A stretch of DNA of 64,000 nt from Octopus sinensis (GCF_006345805.1 NC_042998.1:117614001-117678000), one strand, 5' to 3'. Positions 36,077-49,668 are shown, counted from the first letter of the stretch. A program made the numbers and translations. Notes: a model not told the origin generated them from the sequence alone.

Positions 36077-37290
36077 GTGGATGTTATGTACCTCCACTTG
36101 GGAAAAGCCTTTGACAAAGTCGGCCATGGTATTATTTGTTACAAGTTCCGAAATCTTGGCGTATTTGGCCAACTTGGAGAATGGCTATATGATGCTCTAA
36201 GAGAAAGAAGTCCGGACGCGGTGACCATTGGAATCCCCTCCAAGGAAACTAAAATAAGAGCACTGTCCTGGGGTTCCTCTTATTCATATTGGCCCACTCT
36301 GAGATGCCTTCAACCGCTGAAATAGCCACTCTTGTTATACTGGGAGCTGCAGAATTCGTGCATTTAAAACGTGAGTTAGACGCAATATACAGGTGGACTG
36401 AGGAAAATATCATGCAGGGTAATATTGAAAAATTCCATGCTCGGATCTACCTACACAGTAAGATCAATAAGAAGCAATTAGGATACACTGGCCCTGGAGG
36501 GATTCCAATTCCTGAACCAAAATCAATGTGTGGTTTATGTATCGACATGTGTAATGATGCATCTTTCAAAGTGCACATTACAAAGTTGGCAATAAAATAC
36601 AGATGTTTGGCCGACTCTATTCCTTCGACCTATCAAAACAAGAGCATCAGTAACCATGATGATCCATCTGGAGTATTTTGTTCTCAGATGTCTGGCTTAT
36701 TTCTCCCAACTGTGATCACGAAACTCTCAAATTAACGACGAAACGCGAGGCGATCCAACGAAGATATACAAGGAAGATCGATACACTGCAATAAAACAGC
36801 TACTAGGAGAGACTGAAAGCGTTAAAGCCCTACTCCCTGGAGCGATAGCGGGAAAGATATACAGTAATATACACCAGGAATATCATAGAAAAACTTGTGC
36901 CAAATTTGAAATTGTCAGCTTCATAAACAGTAGGACGGGGCGCCAATGCATGGTACCAAAAACGTCAACATTAACACTAGGATACAGAAGAAGATAGTGC
37001 AAATGCTTAGGCTTCAAATGTATACAGCTCTTCAATATTCCCTCACAAAGCTTGGGGGACCTGCAGATGTAGACCGTCTCAAAACAAAACTAGATCTGCT
37101 TCAGTCAAGAGTTCCGGATGAACTTACCCCAAGGCAACGCACATGGATTAGGGAAACACGTCAAAGTCCTTCATCCACCAAATGTTATACAGCCGAGGAG
37201 TTTTAGTGAAAGTGTAGCAAAGTAAATGTTGGTGTTTCAGCATGGCCACAGTTGTCTCAGCTTGGTTACAATTCTTGAACTGGAAAAACG
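36077..37290 (+). mobile_element. CR1/L2-type LINE, 5'-truncated RT and 3' end
   Basis: DVMYLHLGKAFDKVGHG, LGEWL, LKRELDAIYRWTEENIMQGNIEKF, and a C-terminal DRLKTKLDLLQSRVPDE. Confidence 0.88.
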
Positions 37291-37307
37291 TAACACAATA
37301 TATGCGA

Positions 37308-37344
37308 TCTTTCTGTTGAACAGGGTAGGCTCAAACGTAAAAGA
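37308..37344 (+). ncRNA. Second copy of the non-canonical hammerhead-like motif
   Basis: TCTTT-CTGTTGA-A-CAGG-GTAG-GCTC-AAA-CG-TA-AAAGA. The downstream ~90 bp also matches 35455-35540. Confidence 0.5.
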
Positions 37345-37438
37345 GTTTCTCACTTACCGAGCGCTAAACTAATACACCTGTTTGTTGTTTACACACATAT
37401 CTTCTTTTGTTTGTTTTTTTCAATTCCATATGTATATA

Positions 37439-37485
<47 letters not shown>

Positions 37486-37624
37486 TACAGTGTACATTTA
37501 AACAAATTAAGAGGTGTCTATCATAGGACTCCCTTACGCTAGAAGGAAGAGCTAAAGTTCAAACCTTCTAGTGTAAGGGAGTCCTATGATGGATACCTCT
37601 TAAAGTGTTTAAATGTACACTGTA
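37486..37624. repeat. Hairpin, 61-bp arms, 17-nt loop
   Basis: 37486-37546 pairs with 37564-37624. There are 5 non-Watson-Crick positions, 3 of them G-U on the plus strand. Confidence 0.95.
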
Positions 37625-37718
37625 TTTTATAGGAATAATAGGCTATTACCTAATTTTTCTAAACGCTAGGCCACTGGTAGTAAAATATTTTTAAACCTTT
37701 ATTACCCTGATATTATTC

Positions 37719-37752
<34 letters not shown>

Positions 37753-37828
37753 TTATTAAAGGATAAACTCATTAAAGTTAATGAATTTCATCGGCAGCCA
37801 GCTGATATATGGTATGATAATATATATA

Positions 37829-38200
37829 CGAGGGGAATTCGAAAATTATCAGCACTTTCGCATTCACATATCCTTATTACTGTCACACTGCCTTCAGCGC
37901 ATGCGTCATAATAGTTGCTACTATTGTGGTCATGTGATCAAAGTTTGAGCTTGATCGCGCCATTTTCTCATTCTGGCTTTACAGTGTAAGCATGGCTACT
38001 CCATTTGCAATGTGTACCAATGAAGAACAAGGAGTAGCAATCCGATTTCTCTAGTTGGAAGGTGCGTCAGGTGCTGAAATTCATCGGAGATTTTCTGCAC
38101 GATATGGACACCGCAGCCGGACAAGGATGATGCACAAAGAGGGAGCAGGCCGCCCCTAAACATTTACTACTGACGAGAAGATGCATTAAGCTCGAGAGAT
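37829..38200 (+). mobile_element. mariner 5' fragment
   Basis: The end is TA-CGAGGGGAATTCGAAAA. Protein MATPFAMCTNEEQGVAIRFL*LEGASGAEIHRRF..RYG. Confidence 0.8.
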
Positions 38201-38399
38201 GATAATGATGAACGCGTTCACCATTACCATCTCTCGGATCACTGGTCTTTGTTTTTCTTTGGTGCACATTGCTAGTGGAGCTGCCATGTTACACTGTATT
38301 GTCAAAAAAAATATGACGCGATCAGGCTCACACTTCCATCACATGACCACAATAGTACCGGCTATAAGCACGCATGCGCATAAGGCATTGTGACAGTGA

Positions 38400-38721
38400 T
38401 AAAGATATGATATGGCGAAAGTGCGGAATTACAAACCAGATATTTTTTCCTAGTAACATTTAACTTGTAAGTGGTATTATCTTCAAAGGAAGATGAAAAA
38501 TATCTAGAGTGAAAATTTGAGCTAAAATAATGTTTGCTTCTCTTCCTCCGTAAAGGATTTATATTATGTATTGTGTTGTTTACAATATTAGAATTAAAAT
38601 CACTCTTATTATTACAACTAGATATTTTGTCTTGAAAAGTAGATAATGGACTAGATTCAGCAGAATCAATGTATGTCACTTTCCCTTTATAGCCTGCTTT
38701 AACCAAGGCAGAGTTATAGAA
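38400..38721 (-). mobile_element. Penelope-like RT-EN linker fragment (inverted)
   Basis: FYNSALVKAGYKGKVTYI...RRKRSK in ORF 38362..38733. Confidence 0.7.
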
Positions 38722-38990
38722 TTGGTTTGGCATCTTAAAGACAACAATAATGATTTTAAGTTAGATTGGTTCATCCTGTCCATATCTTTTCCTTACGATA
38801 AGGGCAAGGGATTTTGTAACATTTGCAACTCTGAACTCTTCCATATTCACTTCTCTAAGAGTCACCTTGTTAACACAATTATAGAGCAATCTTACAAACG
38901 TAAACACTGGCAGAAACATAACTTTACCTCATATAAGTGATTTCGCCAGCCTTTATAGTTTGAAAAGTTAGTTTAACTTGCACTTTACTT
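38722..38990 (+). mobile_element. Penelope-like GIY-YIG C-terminal fragment
   Basis: VWHLKDNNNDFKLDWFILSISFPYDKGKGFCNICNSELFHI..HWQKH, near-identical to the C-terminus of ORF 48113..48502. Confidence 0.88.
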
Positions 38991-39078
38991 CAATAGAAAG
39001 TAAACGAATTTCAATAACATCTTCGTTCAACTCCATTTATATGTAAATGCAGACACATACACACATACATATACATAT

Positions 39079-39197
<119 letters not shown>

Positions 39198-40349
39198 CAT
39201 ATATAGCACAGGTTTCCCGGATCCAGCACAATATTTCCGTACGAACTACCATTAGTTCAAAAGTTTTACGTATTCGACATCATGTTACTGGAAAACAATG
39301 CTCTAACTACAGTGGCATCTCTACACTGTTAATTAATTTTCTGTAGCTATATACTCGTTCTCCACTTTCACAGATATCTATTTTCAAGACTCAAATACAG
39401 CAGGGAAAATCGTTTCTAGTATCCAAGTGTTATTGTACAAAGATCAAGTTACTCACATACAACAGCAATAAATTTTATTTGGTGTTTTGATTGTTAGAGA
39501 TGTAAAGAATAACTTTCTTCCGAACATACTCTCGAAAATGTGTATTAGTAATTTGTTTTATGAAATATTAAATACTATAGTAATATTAATGTATAACTCA
39601 TGTATAAAAGACCAACCCCTATATGGTCGTTAGAGAATCCATACTTAGTAGCCAAATTTACCCAGGGCGCATTATGAACGAAGCACACACTATGTATTTG
39701 TGACCAATGATATATATTTCCAGTCTTAGAAAGAAATGTCCCATTGGATAATGCTTCCAATATCACAAGCTCTTCATATCTCGAATACACTTGGTTATAC
39801 ATCGGCTCGGTCAGGGACGCTTTGTGGATAGACAACAGCAACGACAAAAACTAAATTACCAAGTTCGATGAATAATTTCTTGCTACTGGAGACAATTTGG
39901 CGAAGAGATATAAAATCACTTTATTTAGAATACTGTCTGTGAGAATATGTTTCAATTTGCATAAAAAGCTAATTACCAAGTCGGTAGCGATAACGATTCC
40001 ATGTGTTTACACTTGAGACCTGAAGACATAATTAAGCCAATAAGATTATTATTTTCGCACAGGATGTAAATAATCAAATGTAACAAGCGTGTTTTCATTG
40101 CTTATATCATCGTCAAGTACTAGCATGGCATAAGTTCTCACGCCAAACATATTCTAATCGATTGATATAATATGCTGTATAGCATCCACTAATCTAGTAA
40201 TGGAACAGAGAATGAAGTGGTAGAGCTGTTAGACATCTGATTAATAACCTGGCGTTATTTTGTTTCCGTGTCTGCATGCGTTGAGTTCGTATTCACGTTG
40301 CAAGCAGTAGTTACGTGATGTCACTGATACTTAAAAATACACAAGACTC

Positions 40350-41000
40350 TACCAGATGGTGGAGGAGATGACACCATTGAAAACAATAGTTTACACGTAT
40401 GGATGAACAAGTTTAAAGAAAAAAAATTCTATGATTGAAGATTATCACCATACAGTATGGGACCATCAGTTACAAACAAACACGAATTGCCACCGAGAGT
40501 TCAACTTTAATCTTGTGAAAATACAATTCGAAATCCGTGGCATCCTGCAAAATTGGACTGTAATCGCATGACATATGTTGGAAGTCTTTGGTTGCAGCAT
40601 AGTATCTGCAGATTGGGTTCTGTGTCAGTTGATACTTAATGTGAAGGAGAGAATACTGGAATCCTGCTCTGATCTACAAGAAGCCTATGAAAAGAAATTT
40701 CTTTCCTATCTGAAACGTGGCTACATATTTATCATGTGATAACGAAGGCCCAACATATGGAGCGGTGTTACATTTCTTCATCAAGTATAATACATTTCCA
40801 GAGACACTGATGGATACTGCAACGTTTCGAGTTTTGTTGTGGAAGAAGAGAAGGACTTCAATGTCCATGATTTTCTGTATCTGGATTCTAACATATACAG
40901 CAGGAGGATACATTGAGACATTCAAAACTCTTAGAGAATCTAAAAGGAGGAGGAGATCGAACGAGAATCTAAAACCAAACGGCATTCACGATGGTGGTGC
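40350..41000 (+). mobile_element. Old mariner transposase relic
   Basis: ETWLH, ATFRVLLWKK, YTAGGYIETFKTLRESKRRRR and IHDGGAQLHA resemble ATVFWD, Y..TL.KLR.AI.RKR and HDNARPH. Confidence 0.5.
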
Positions 41001-41846
41001 CCAACTTCACGCATATTTGCCAACAGGATTAGCAAATTGAACACTTGTCCGCCATACATTGTACATTTATCTTCAGGAGATATTTCAAAATGTATTGTAA
41101 CTTTGAAACGTACACAACGAAGAAAAGATTGCGCAAAAGAATGCATTTCCAGTTGCATATTACTGAAGATCTAAAATGCATGTATATAATGCTTCCAAAA
41201 TATTACTATTTCGTTTGACTGTATTATTACAAATTTTATGACTTGATACTTCGTTGTACACGCGCACACATATATGTATGTATGTATGAATGTATGTATG
41301 TATGTATGCATGTATGCACAATCTCGTTAATGCATATGAATGGTATGAAGAGTAAAACAATATACTTTATAGACAAGGAAGTGGTATAATGCATGTAAGA
41401 AACTATAACGGGGCAAAATTGAGTTAATTCGATTCCAATTAAATGAAAATAATAAAAGTTAATGCAAACTTATGCAAATTTCATTATATATGTTTAAAAG
41501 AGACAATCCGTAACAACAATTGATAGATTAGTATGGATGCATGCACAGCATTATAATTGAAATTTTAATTAAAATTATAAGGAATGGTCGGAAGTGTTTA
41601 TTCGTATTTACCTGTTGAGGTAATATCATTCTAATCCAGTGCTTGGTTCGCAACCATTTTTTCACGTATGAATCCCTTTGATTCTTAGTACACTCTACTG
41701 GACCTTCATAGCCATTTCATGTATATGAAAATATAACCTTACTGTATTTTTGAAAACAAACAATTTTTTTGAAAACTATAAAATATTAAAATTTTGGGAT
41801 TTGATTTATTTTTTACTAACCTTTCTACTTTTATCTCGCAATACAA

Positions 41847-41891
<45 letters not shown>

Positions 41892-42043
41892 ATATATAAA
41901 GTAAATCCAAACAAGAAAACACAAAAAACACAACAACGCGAGGACGAGGAACAAATATAGTATTATTGGACGCTCAGGAAAGAAGGAAAGAAGGAGGGTA
42001 CATATATATACATACTTATATTACATATATATATGACTCTGTG

Positions 42044-42085
<42 letters not shown>

Positions 42086-42086
42086 A

Positions 42087-42129
<43 letters not shown>

Positions 42130-42411
42130 TATTATATATATATATATATTATATATATATATATATATGACTGTGTGTGTATATATATGTGTGTGTGTAT
42201 GTGCGCGTGTGTATGCGTGCGTGTGTAACTTTGGGTGCTTGAATATTCATTTATATTCTTTTAAAAAGCAAAGTCTGTTTCTTTGTACGTAGAGCGTGGA
42301 AAACACTAACACACTAACTGAATTTGATAATATTTCAGCATGATTTTCCTGTCATTTAAATTAATTTGACCATTCCTCAGATACTTCTGCATTTATTGTG
42401 CCATAACAGAA

Positions 42412-43200
42412 ACGGGGAAGGGAGTTGGTGGTGCATTGAATCCGTTTTCTAGTAATCCGCGTACTGTCTATTTAACCGTAATGTAGTTAACAAAGTGAAA
42501 AAAAAATATTCCGCCTATCATTCAACCCACCTCCAAATTTCTCCAAGTTTATACATTACAGTTATTCCTTTGAAGTTACCGCCGGACCTCTACTTTCTCT
42601 ATTTCTATGTCTCTATTTCTCTCTCTCTCTTTCTCCCTCTCTCTCTGTCTCTGTGTGGTTACATATGTGTGCCTCTCTCTCACTATCTCTATCTCTTTTC
42701 CTTTCTGGAGGAAAAATACGTGAAGAATAGAAAGTGTTAGGGAGAAAAAAAACAGTGAGACATAGTGGAGGAAGGGACAGAAGTCACACACATGCACGCA
42801 CACACACACTCCCGGGCATCGGCTGTATTGTGCTCAACAGTATTCATAAGACACATATTGGCACAATAAATGTTGTTGAAAGGTATTTCAATATTGCTTT
42901 ACATAATTTAAATAGGGTTACGGAAAAAACCCAACGAGACGCCGGACCTCTACTTTCTCCCTTTACATATGCACCTCTCTATATCTTTATCGGTCTCATT
43001 ATTTCTCTCTCTCTCTCTCTCTGTGGTTGTATATCTGTGTCTCTCTCTCACTACTTCTACCTCTTTTTCTCTCAAAAGAGAAAAAATACGTGAGACAGAT
43101 AGAAATGGAATTAGGGAGAAAAAACAAGTTACGGTGAAATAGTCGGTACGTGGATTGCTAGAGATAGCAACCAATACACCACCAACTCGCCTTCCCCATT
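42412..43200. mobile_element. ~790-bp element with ~70-bp diverged TIRs and an internal 360-bp-period duplication
   Basis: 42412-42481 matches the reverse complement of 43129-43200 (about 75% by eye). GCCGGACCTCTACTTTCTC occurs at 42581 and 42941, with homologous downstream sequence. Confidence 0.75.
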
Positions 43201-43497
43201 CGGTTTTCGGAAACTAAGTGCTCAGTTATCTGGGGAATGGTCAGATTAATTTAAATGACATGAGAATCCTGAAATATTATCAATTTTATTTAGTGTTTTC
43301 AGCGGCCAACTTACAAAAGAGAGACAACGTACAAACTTGGCTTGAGCACAGGAAGCTCGTTAGTACACACATACACATATATATATATAGTATAATATAT
43401 ATACATAAAATATATATATATAAAAAAATATATAATATATATATGAATATATACATATATATATATGTATATATATATAAGTATATGTATATATATA

Positions 43498-43555
<58 letters not shown>

Positions 43556-45999
43556 TATAAGCCTATAAATCTTTTAAATGTGTGTGTGCATGTAGACATA
43601 TATGCACACAGTTTCAAACGCACAAATATGTAAAAATACAAATAAAAATACATGCATACTGTCTACAGTATCCTATAGTTTAAGATGTACTTCTAGATTA
43701 GTATATTTATGAATAAAACTGTATTAAAATTAATAAATTCTAGATTCTGCAAGGGAAACGGATGATACGAGTTACTATTGTTCTTTTTATCAATGTCCTG
43801 TAGCAAATGTATTTCTCAACGATTTATGGAACTCTTTTATAATTGATTACATTTAGTGTGCCACTATAATCAGACTATTCCACATTTTCATGTTGATACT
43901 TTGGTTGGATAAGTGTAATAAAATCCAGATAAAGGAGAAACACTATAGAAAGTAGATGGCAATGTTGCATTTGTTTGGTATATGAAGAACATAAATGTTG
44001 TATCAACATCAAATATGCCATGTGTTTTGTGTACCACAGTGATATTTATGATCGATTGTATAATGTTACAAACTACTGTGCGTTTATTTCTCATTCATGA
44101 TGTGAAAAATATTATTCTTCACTTACTCATATTTGTAGTAATTCTTGGAACATGGTCGAACTTTAGAATCGTCCAACATACATTCAGTAATAATATAAGA
44201 CTATATTATGTGGGAAACTACAGGATCAAGTCTACAACTGTGCACAGTTATATGAGAAATCAATATAACATCCATATTATGCGTTATAACGGAAATAAAT
44301 CTGTTTGAAAGTAGTCAACGTTTGGTTTAAACATCGCACATTATTCTAATTCGAAATATGTCAAAAGAAAATACCCAATAACTAGTCGATGACGTAACTT
44401 TATAACTACAAGAAACTGCAGATAAAATAAAGATATTTTTGTTAAGAGATATTTTTCATGATCAGCTCCACCACCGTTTATTTTTAATTAGCTACCATCT
44501 TGTAAGTCCGAAGCAATTACTGATAAACATAGAAGAAAATAAGTTTTCTAATGAAATACGTCATGTCAACATCCTTAATTTTCTGAACAGAATTTATTCG
44601 ACATTGTTAATTTTAATCTTGTAATCCTATTCATCACTTGGTAAAGTTTTATTAAAATTCATGTATTAGATATCTTACTTCACAGACAAATTGATTATAT
44701 GTAATTTTCAACCACTTTTTCTATCTTTGATTTCGAATTTCTTTCGCCCATTCATTTAAAGTTTTGATTAGCATTCCCAAGAATGTTCTCGTACGTTTCA
44801 TTTTATTACAGAAACTTAAATTATTTGCTTTCATTATCAGAATTTCCCACATAACAATTTGTGTATTCCTATTCATTTTCAGTTTTTATTTTTATTAAGT
44901 TTCAACTGACAGGACACTAAATAAGTGAATTTTCTTTTTGTGCAAAACAAATGCGAACAAATATACCTACCTACGATTCACTTGATGAGCAGATATATAA
45001 TCTGCGTCAACATAGACAGTCTTTTTGAAGGTTAAATTTAAAATATAGGATACGAGAGATGGCTTGAGATATACGCATTTTAAGGAGGTTCAAAGGGAGA
45101 TCAGTGAGTTTGTTACTTATAGAAAATAAATATCTACCGATTTCCCCATACATATACATCTCGATGTAGAATATTGTGTAAACATGGGATGTTAATATTC
45201 AAGCATTGTCACTATAGTTATCCATAGCTGTTTTGGTGTATAAATCTACCTACCTCATTTGATTTGAAAAATTCAAATTTTGCTTTGAAAAATTCTAATT
45301 GCATGCAGTAATTCTCAAAACTTTGACATTATCTACAAATGGGAAAGTCGTGAATGAATAAATGATGAATAAATTAAAATGAAGTGAGCAGATATTGAGA
45401 TGCTGTTGTGGTGCAGCGGTTGGAAAAGAAAACGATATACATACGTATGAGAGTTTCGGGATATATTTGATTATATTAGTATGTCCACAGTTGGTAGAGA
45501 TATGAAATTAGAAAATGTTATCAAATCTCTTTGAAATATGGAGACTAATCATGATACGGAATCGACTGCTAAACAGTGAAATATGCCATATTTTTTATCG
45601 TGTTAATTTTGAGTATTTTTTTATAGAAACGATATCTATAAATATATTGCCATAAACATGATGTCGAGTCAGAGAGGAAATAATACCCATAATTATGCAC
45701 AACAATATATCAAAAATATAATAATGTATACAACAATAGACACTTGAACGAAAACTTGAGAGTTATTAGGTATTGAAGCATAAAATTAGAAAGACATAAT
45801 GACACGAACTTTTTGGCATAAAGTTGTAAGTAAGCACTTTCTTAATTATTTCCCTACCCTATAAAACATGTGCATGAAAACTTTTTTATCTCGTTGTTTG
45901 CGTATTGAACTCGATTGGTTTCTTACTTCATGTTGTTTACACAGTTGGTGACGTTATGTACCTATGTATGCTCTATATATATATATATATATATATATG

Positions 46000-46226
46000 A
46001 AGCCCACCTTCGGTTTTGAATGGCCATGGGATTGCACGGAAGATCAGCAGTTACTCGGGTATAACAAATCCCAATGAAACTTGTCATTAATGATACCGCA
46101 ATCATATAGACAGTTGAGTGAAATGGTGGAGCGTGAATTAAAACGTATTGTTCAAGAAGACAATCGAACTCGCTACCTCATGATTGTGAGCCCGACACTC
46201 TAATCACTGAACCATGCGCCTTCACC
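46000..46226 (-). mobile_element. tRNA-derived SINE (third family), degenerate
   Basis: Ends ...CTCTAATCACTGAACCATGCGCCTTCAC like 34632 and shares GGAAGATCAGCAGT. Confidence 0.7.
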
Positions 46227-47029
46227 TGCTTAACTCGGAACTATGTGGGTGAGAAACAACCTTCTTATCATACCGCATATATACATTGCTACATGTACTG
46301 TAAAATATATCCAAATATTTGACACAATGTATTGCAAAGATTGTATATAATGCATTCTACAATACGATTTTTTACATAAATGAGATCTTAACTTACACTT
46401 TCTCATTTGTTCCTGTCATCGTGAGTTAATCTGTACCCATTTCAATTTAGCAACTACCACAATCTTTATCAAGCGCTTATTATCAGTTAATTAGTAGACC
46501 TATATGCGTATTTAACAAACTTTTAGGAAGCTAAATCCAGCATTAAATATGTGACTTAACGATATGGTGTTCTTTGATTGCTATAACGTATGAGAGAATA
46601 TTTTCATTTATTTATGGTGTACCTTGTTTAATTTCATTTCTTATATGAAAGGGCCTACAAGGAGTTTGTTAGAGGCAAAATAACGAAGGGTACTTACTGT
46701 CAAAGATTTCAACAAAAGTAGAAAATGCGTATCAAAATTACCAATTATCTGTTTGTGAAATTATTTTAAAGTCACACAGGTTACAAATTTTGTAACAGTA
46801 GTGTAGCCTCATACCTTTATAGATGCGTTCTATAGATAAATGCACTTAGCGCCGCAGCATTAAACACATAATCATAACAATGGGCGTGTGTTAAGAGGTT
46901 TGCTGCATAACAATGTATTTCTGAGTTTAAACTCAGTGGGTGGAACTTGGGTTAGTATCTTCAACTATAGCTCAGGGATGATAATAATCTTCTGAACGTA
47001 TTTGATAGACAGAAACAGAAAGAATCCTG

Positions 47030-47077
<48 letters not shown>

Positions 47078-47147
47078 CCTTTTGTGTTACATTTTTTCTT
47101 GCTCGTTTACCCCTCTACGAGTTTATTTTATTTTAATTCTCTCGTAG

Positions 47148-47245
47148 GAAGGCCTAGCTTGGCCTTACGTGTTCTGTCTCTGCCTTCGAAACACGTGTCT
47201 GCTAGCGACAGCTGATGAAGGGGATTTTTCCTTGTGTAGCATGTC
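47148..47245 (+). ncRNA. Juxtaposed hammerhead half-cores
   Basis: GAAGGC/GCCTTC stem, then GAAAC-ACGT-GTC (47188-99), then CTGATGA at 47212-18. Confidence 0.5.
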
Positions 47246-47497
47246 CTGTACTTCGTTTTTCTGCTGCACATAATTGTTTTTCCCGTTTTCGTTTTCGTTT
47301 CGTCTTGTTCCACGTCTCTGTCCTTCTGTTGTAACAAAATGTCTTCTCCGTTTTCGTTCTGTTGATTCTTTTCGTCTTCTTGTGATGTCCTGTACGTATA
47401 TATATATTTATATATGCATGTATATATACATGTAGATGTCGGTACGTACATATATGTTTGTATGTATGCATATATTTTATTTATTACACTATATATA

Positions 47498-47556
<59 letters not shown>

Positions 47557-48112
47557 TAGGTGAATGAATTATCCTATGTTTATCGCCAGCATGGCAAATT
47601 CGTTTAACCGAAACCTGGGTAGCAAATTCACGTCAGAAACACGGTTGAAGCGACCTGTCAAGGGTAGAAACTCCGGTTTCATGTGCAGAAATGTGTGTGT
47701 TGTATATGAATAAGTGAAAGAATGGAGTCGAACGGAGATGTTAACAAAATTCCTTAACTCTCGACACATGTTTCGAAGACAGCATGTTTTCATTCCAAAG
47801 GAATAAAGGGTGCATTATGCAATCTTCTCATCAGGAAAGAAAAGGAGCCTCTCTCGACAACAAGACAAACATTTCGATGATTGCCTATATGGTAAACAAA
47901 GCGATAATGAGTATTTAAAAAAAAACCGTTAGAAGAATTGACGTCAAAAATAGATAGTAGGAAGAGAAGGGATAAAGTAATAATAGGTAGGGAACAAGTG
48001 GAGAGGGAAGGGTACGTTGATTGAAAGAATGTTCGGAGGCTTAGGAAAGAATGTCTCTATAGAAGTGAGGTAGACGTAAAGCTAACTGTTCAAACCACAG
48101 TGACTATCGTTA

Positions 48113-48502
48113 TCATTTATATGAGTAGAAAGTGTGTTTCTGCCAGTGTTTACATTTGTATGATTTTTCTATGAGTGTGTTTACTAGGGGAACCTTAGAG
48201 AAAAGGATATGGAAGAGTTCAGAGTTACAAATGTTACAAAATCTCCTGCCCTTATCAAAAGGAAAGGATACAGACAGTATGAACCAATCTAACTTGAAAA
48301 TTATATTGTTGTCTTTAAGACGCCAAACTAATTTACTTAGCCCTGTACTATGTCGTTTTTTACTATCCCTGAATGCTGTATAGTGGTTTGAAATTCTCTT
48401 GGATAACTGGGAAGTGGACGCTCCTATATAGAAAAAGACATCGGTACCGGAAGAAATTCTACACTGGTAAATAGAATTCTTAATCTTAGAATTACTAGAC
48501 AA
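48113..48502 (-). pseudogene. Penelope-like GIY-YIG endonuclease domain, open frame, 5'-truncated
   Basis: SIYQCRISSGTDVFFYIGASTSQLSKRISNHYTAF..STGLSKLVWRLK..FCNICNSE. No RT lies upstream. Confidence 0.92.
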
Positions 48503-48631
48503 AAAATTAATTTATTGTTGTTGCTATATAAATGTATATATGCGTGCATGCTTGTATGCATGCATCCGTGTATGCATGCATGAATGTATGTATGTATAAA
48601 TCTATGTGTATTTTTGTGTTTTTCTTTGTTC

Positions 48632-48810
48632 CGCACCACCGCGTGACAACCGGTGTCGTTTCGTTTGCATTTTGTAAATAGCAGTTCAGAAAAAGAACAG
48701 ATAAGATAAGTACTAACCTTTAAAGTAAAACAAGTATTAGGATAGGTTCGTTCGAACTAAAACCCACGACAGCAGGGATCCGGCAAGGACACCTAATAAC
48801 TGAAGCAACT
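48632..48810 (+). mobile_element. SINE 3' half, degenerate
   Basis: CCACCGCGTGACAACCGGTG..GATAAGTACTA..ACTGAAGCAAC, the reverse-complement homolog of 53165-53345. Confidence 0.65.
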
Positions 48811-48820
48811 AGAAGCTTAT

Positions 48821-48876
<56 letters not shown>

Positions 48877-48911
48877 ATATATATGTGTATGTATATATGT
48901 ATGTATATATA

Positions 48912-48979
<68 letters not shown>

Positions 48980-49530
48980 GCATACATACATACATACGTA
49001 CATACATACAGACAGACAGAGAGCAAATGAAAAATTGATATCATAATTTATTGGAAACTCAACATAGTTTCTATGAGATTCACTTTCCCAATCTCCATAT
49101 GATTTTGAATTACCATACATTGCATTTTGTAACGATTAAAAGAAGTTATTTGTTAGCTGAAATTAATAAAGAAATGTTATTTGCTCGTCGTTCTATACTA
49201 GATAAATTGTAAATGGTACTGTAATCGTAAATATAATCTTATTAATATAATTTGTAGAATGAGGTATAATCTAGATGAAAAGTAAGTTATATGAATAATG
49301 AATGTGCAAATATTATACAGCCTCAGAAAATACAGTGCAAGGAAGCGATTCGTAACGTTTGTAAAAGCAATCATCACTTCAAATCAGAGAGAGTTATGTA
49401 ATAATATGGCCATGGTTGAATAAATTCTGAAGTAATATTTTCGATGAATATCTGCATAAATCAATCATTTCAAATTACTTATTCAAACTTTCTTTCTGAA
49501 AATATGTTATATGATATAATCCTTTCTACT

Positions 49531-49668
49531 ATAGGCACAAGACCTGAAATTTTGGGATGCGGAGCTAGTTGATTACATCGATCATAGGATTCAACTGGTA
49601 CTTATTTCATCGACCCCTGAAATTATGAAAGGCAAAATCGACTGAGACGGAATTTGAACTCAGAACGA
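49531..49668 (-). mobile_element. SINE (second family)
   Basis: On the minus strand GTTCTGAGTTCAAATTCC (B box) is followed by TTTTGCCTTTCAT..GGGGTCGATGAAATAAGTACCAG. Confidence 0.8.

Noticed and set aside
38160-38200. CTGACGA...GAGA in the mariner fragment
   Set aside because: Explained by the coding sequence (TTDEK), and the second core is absent.
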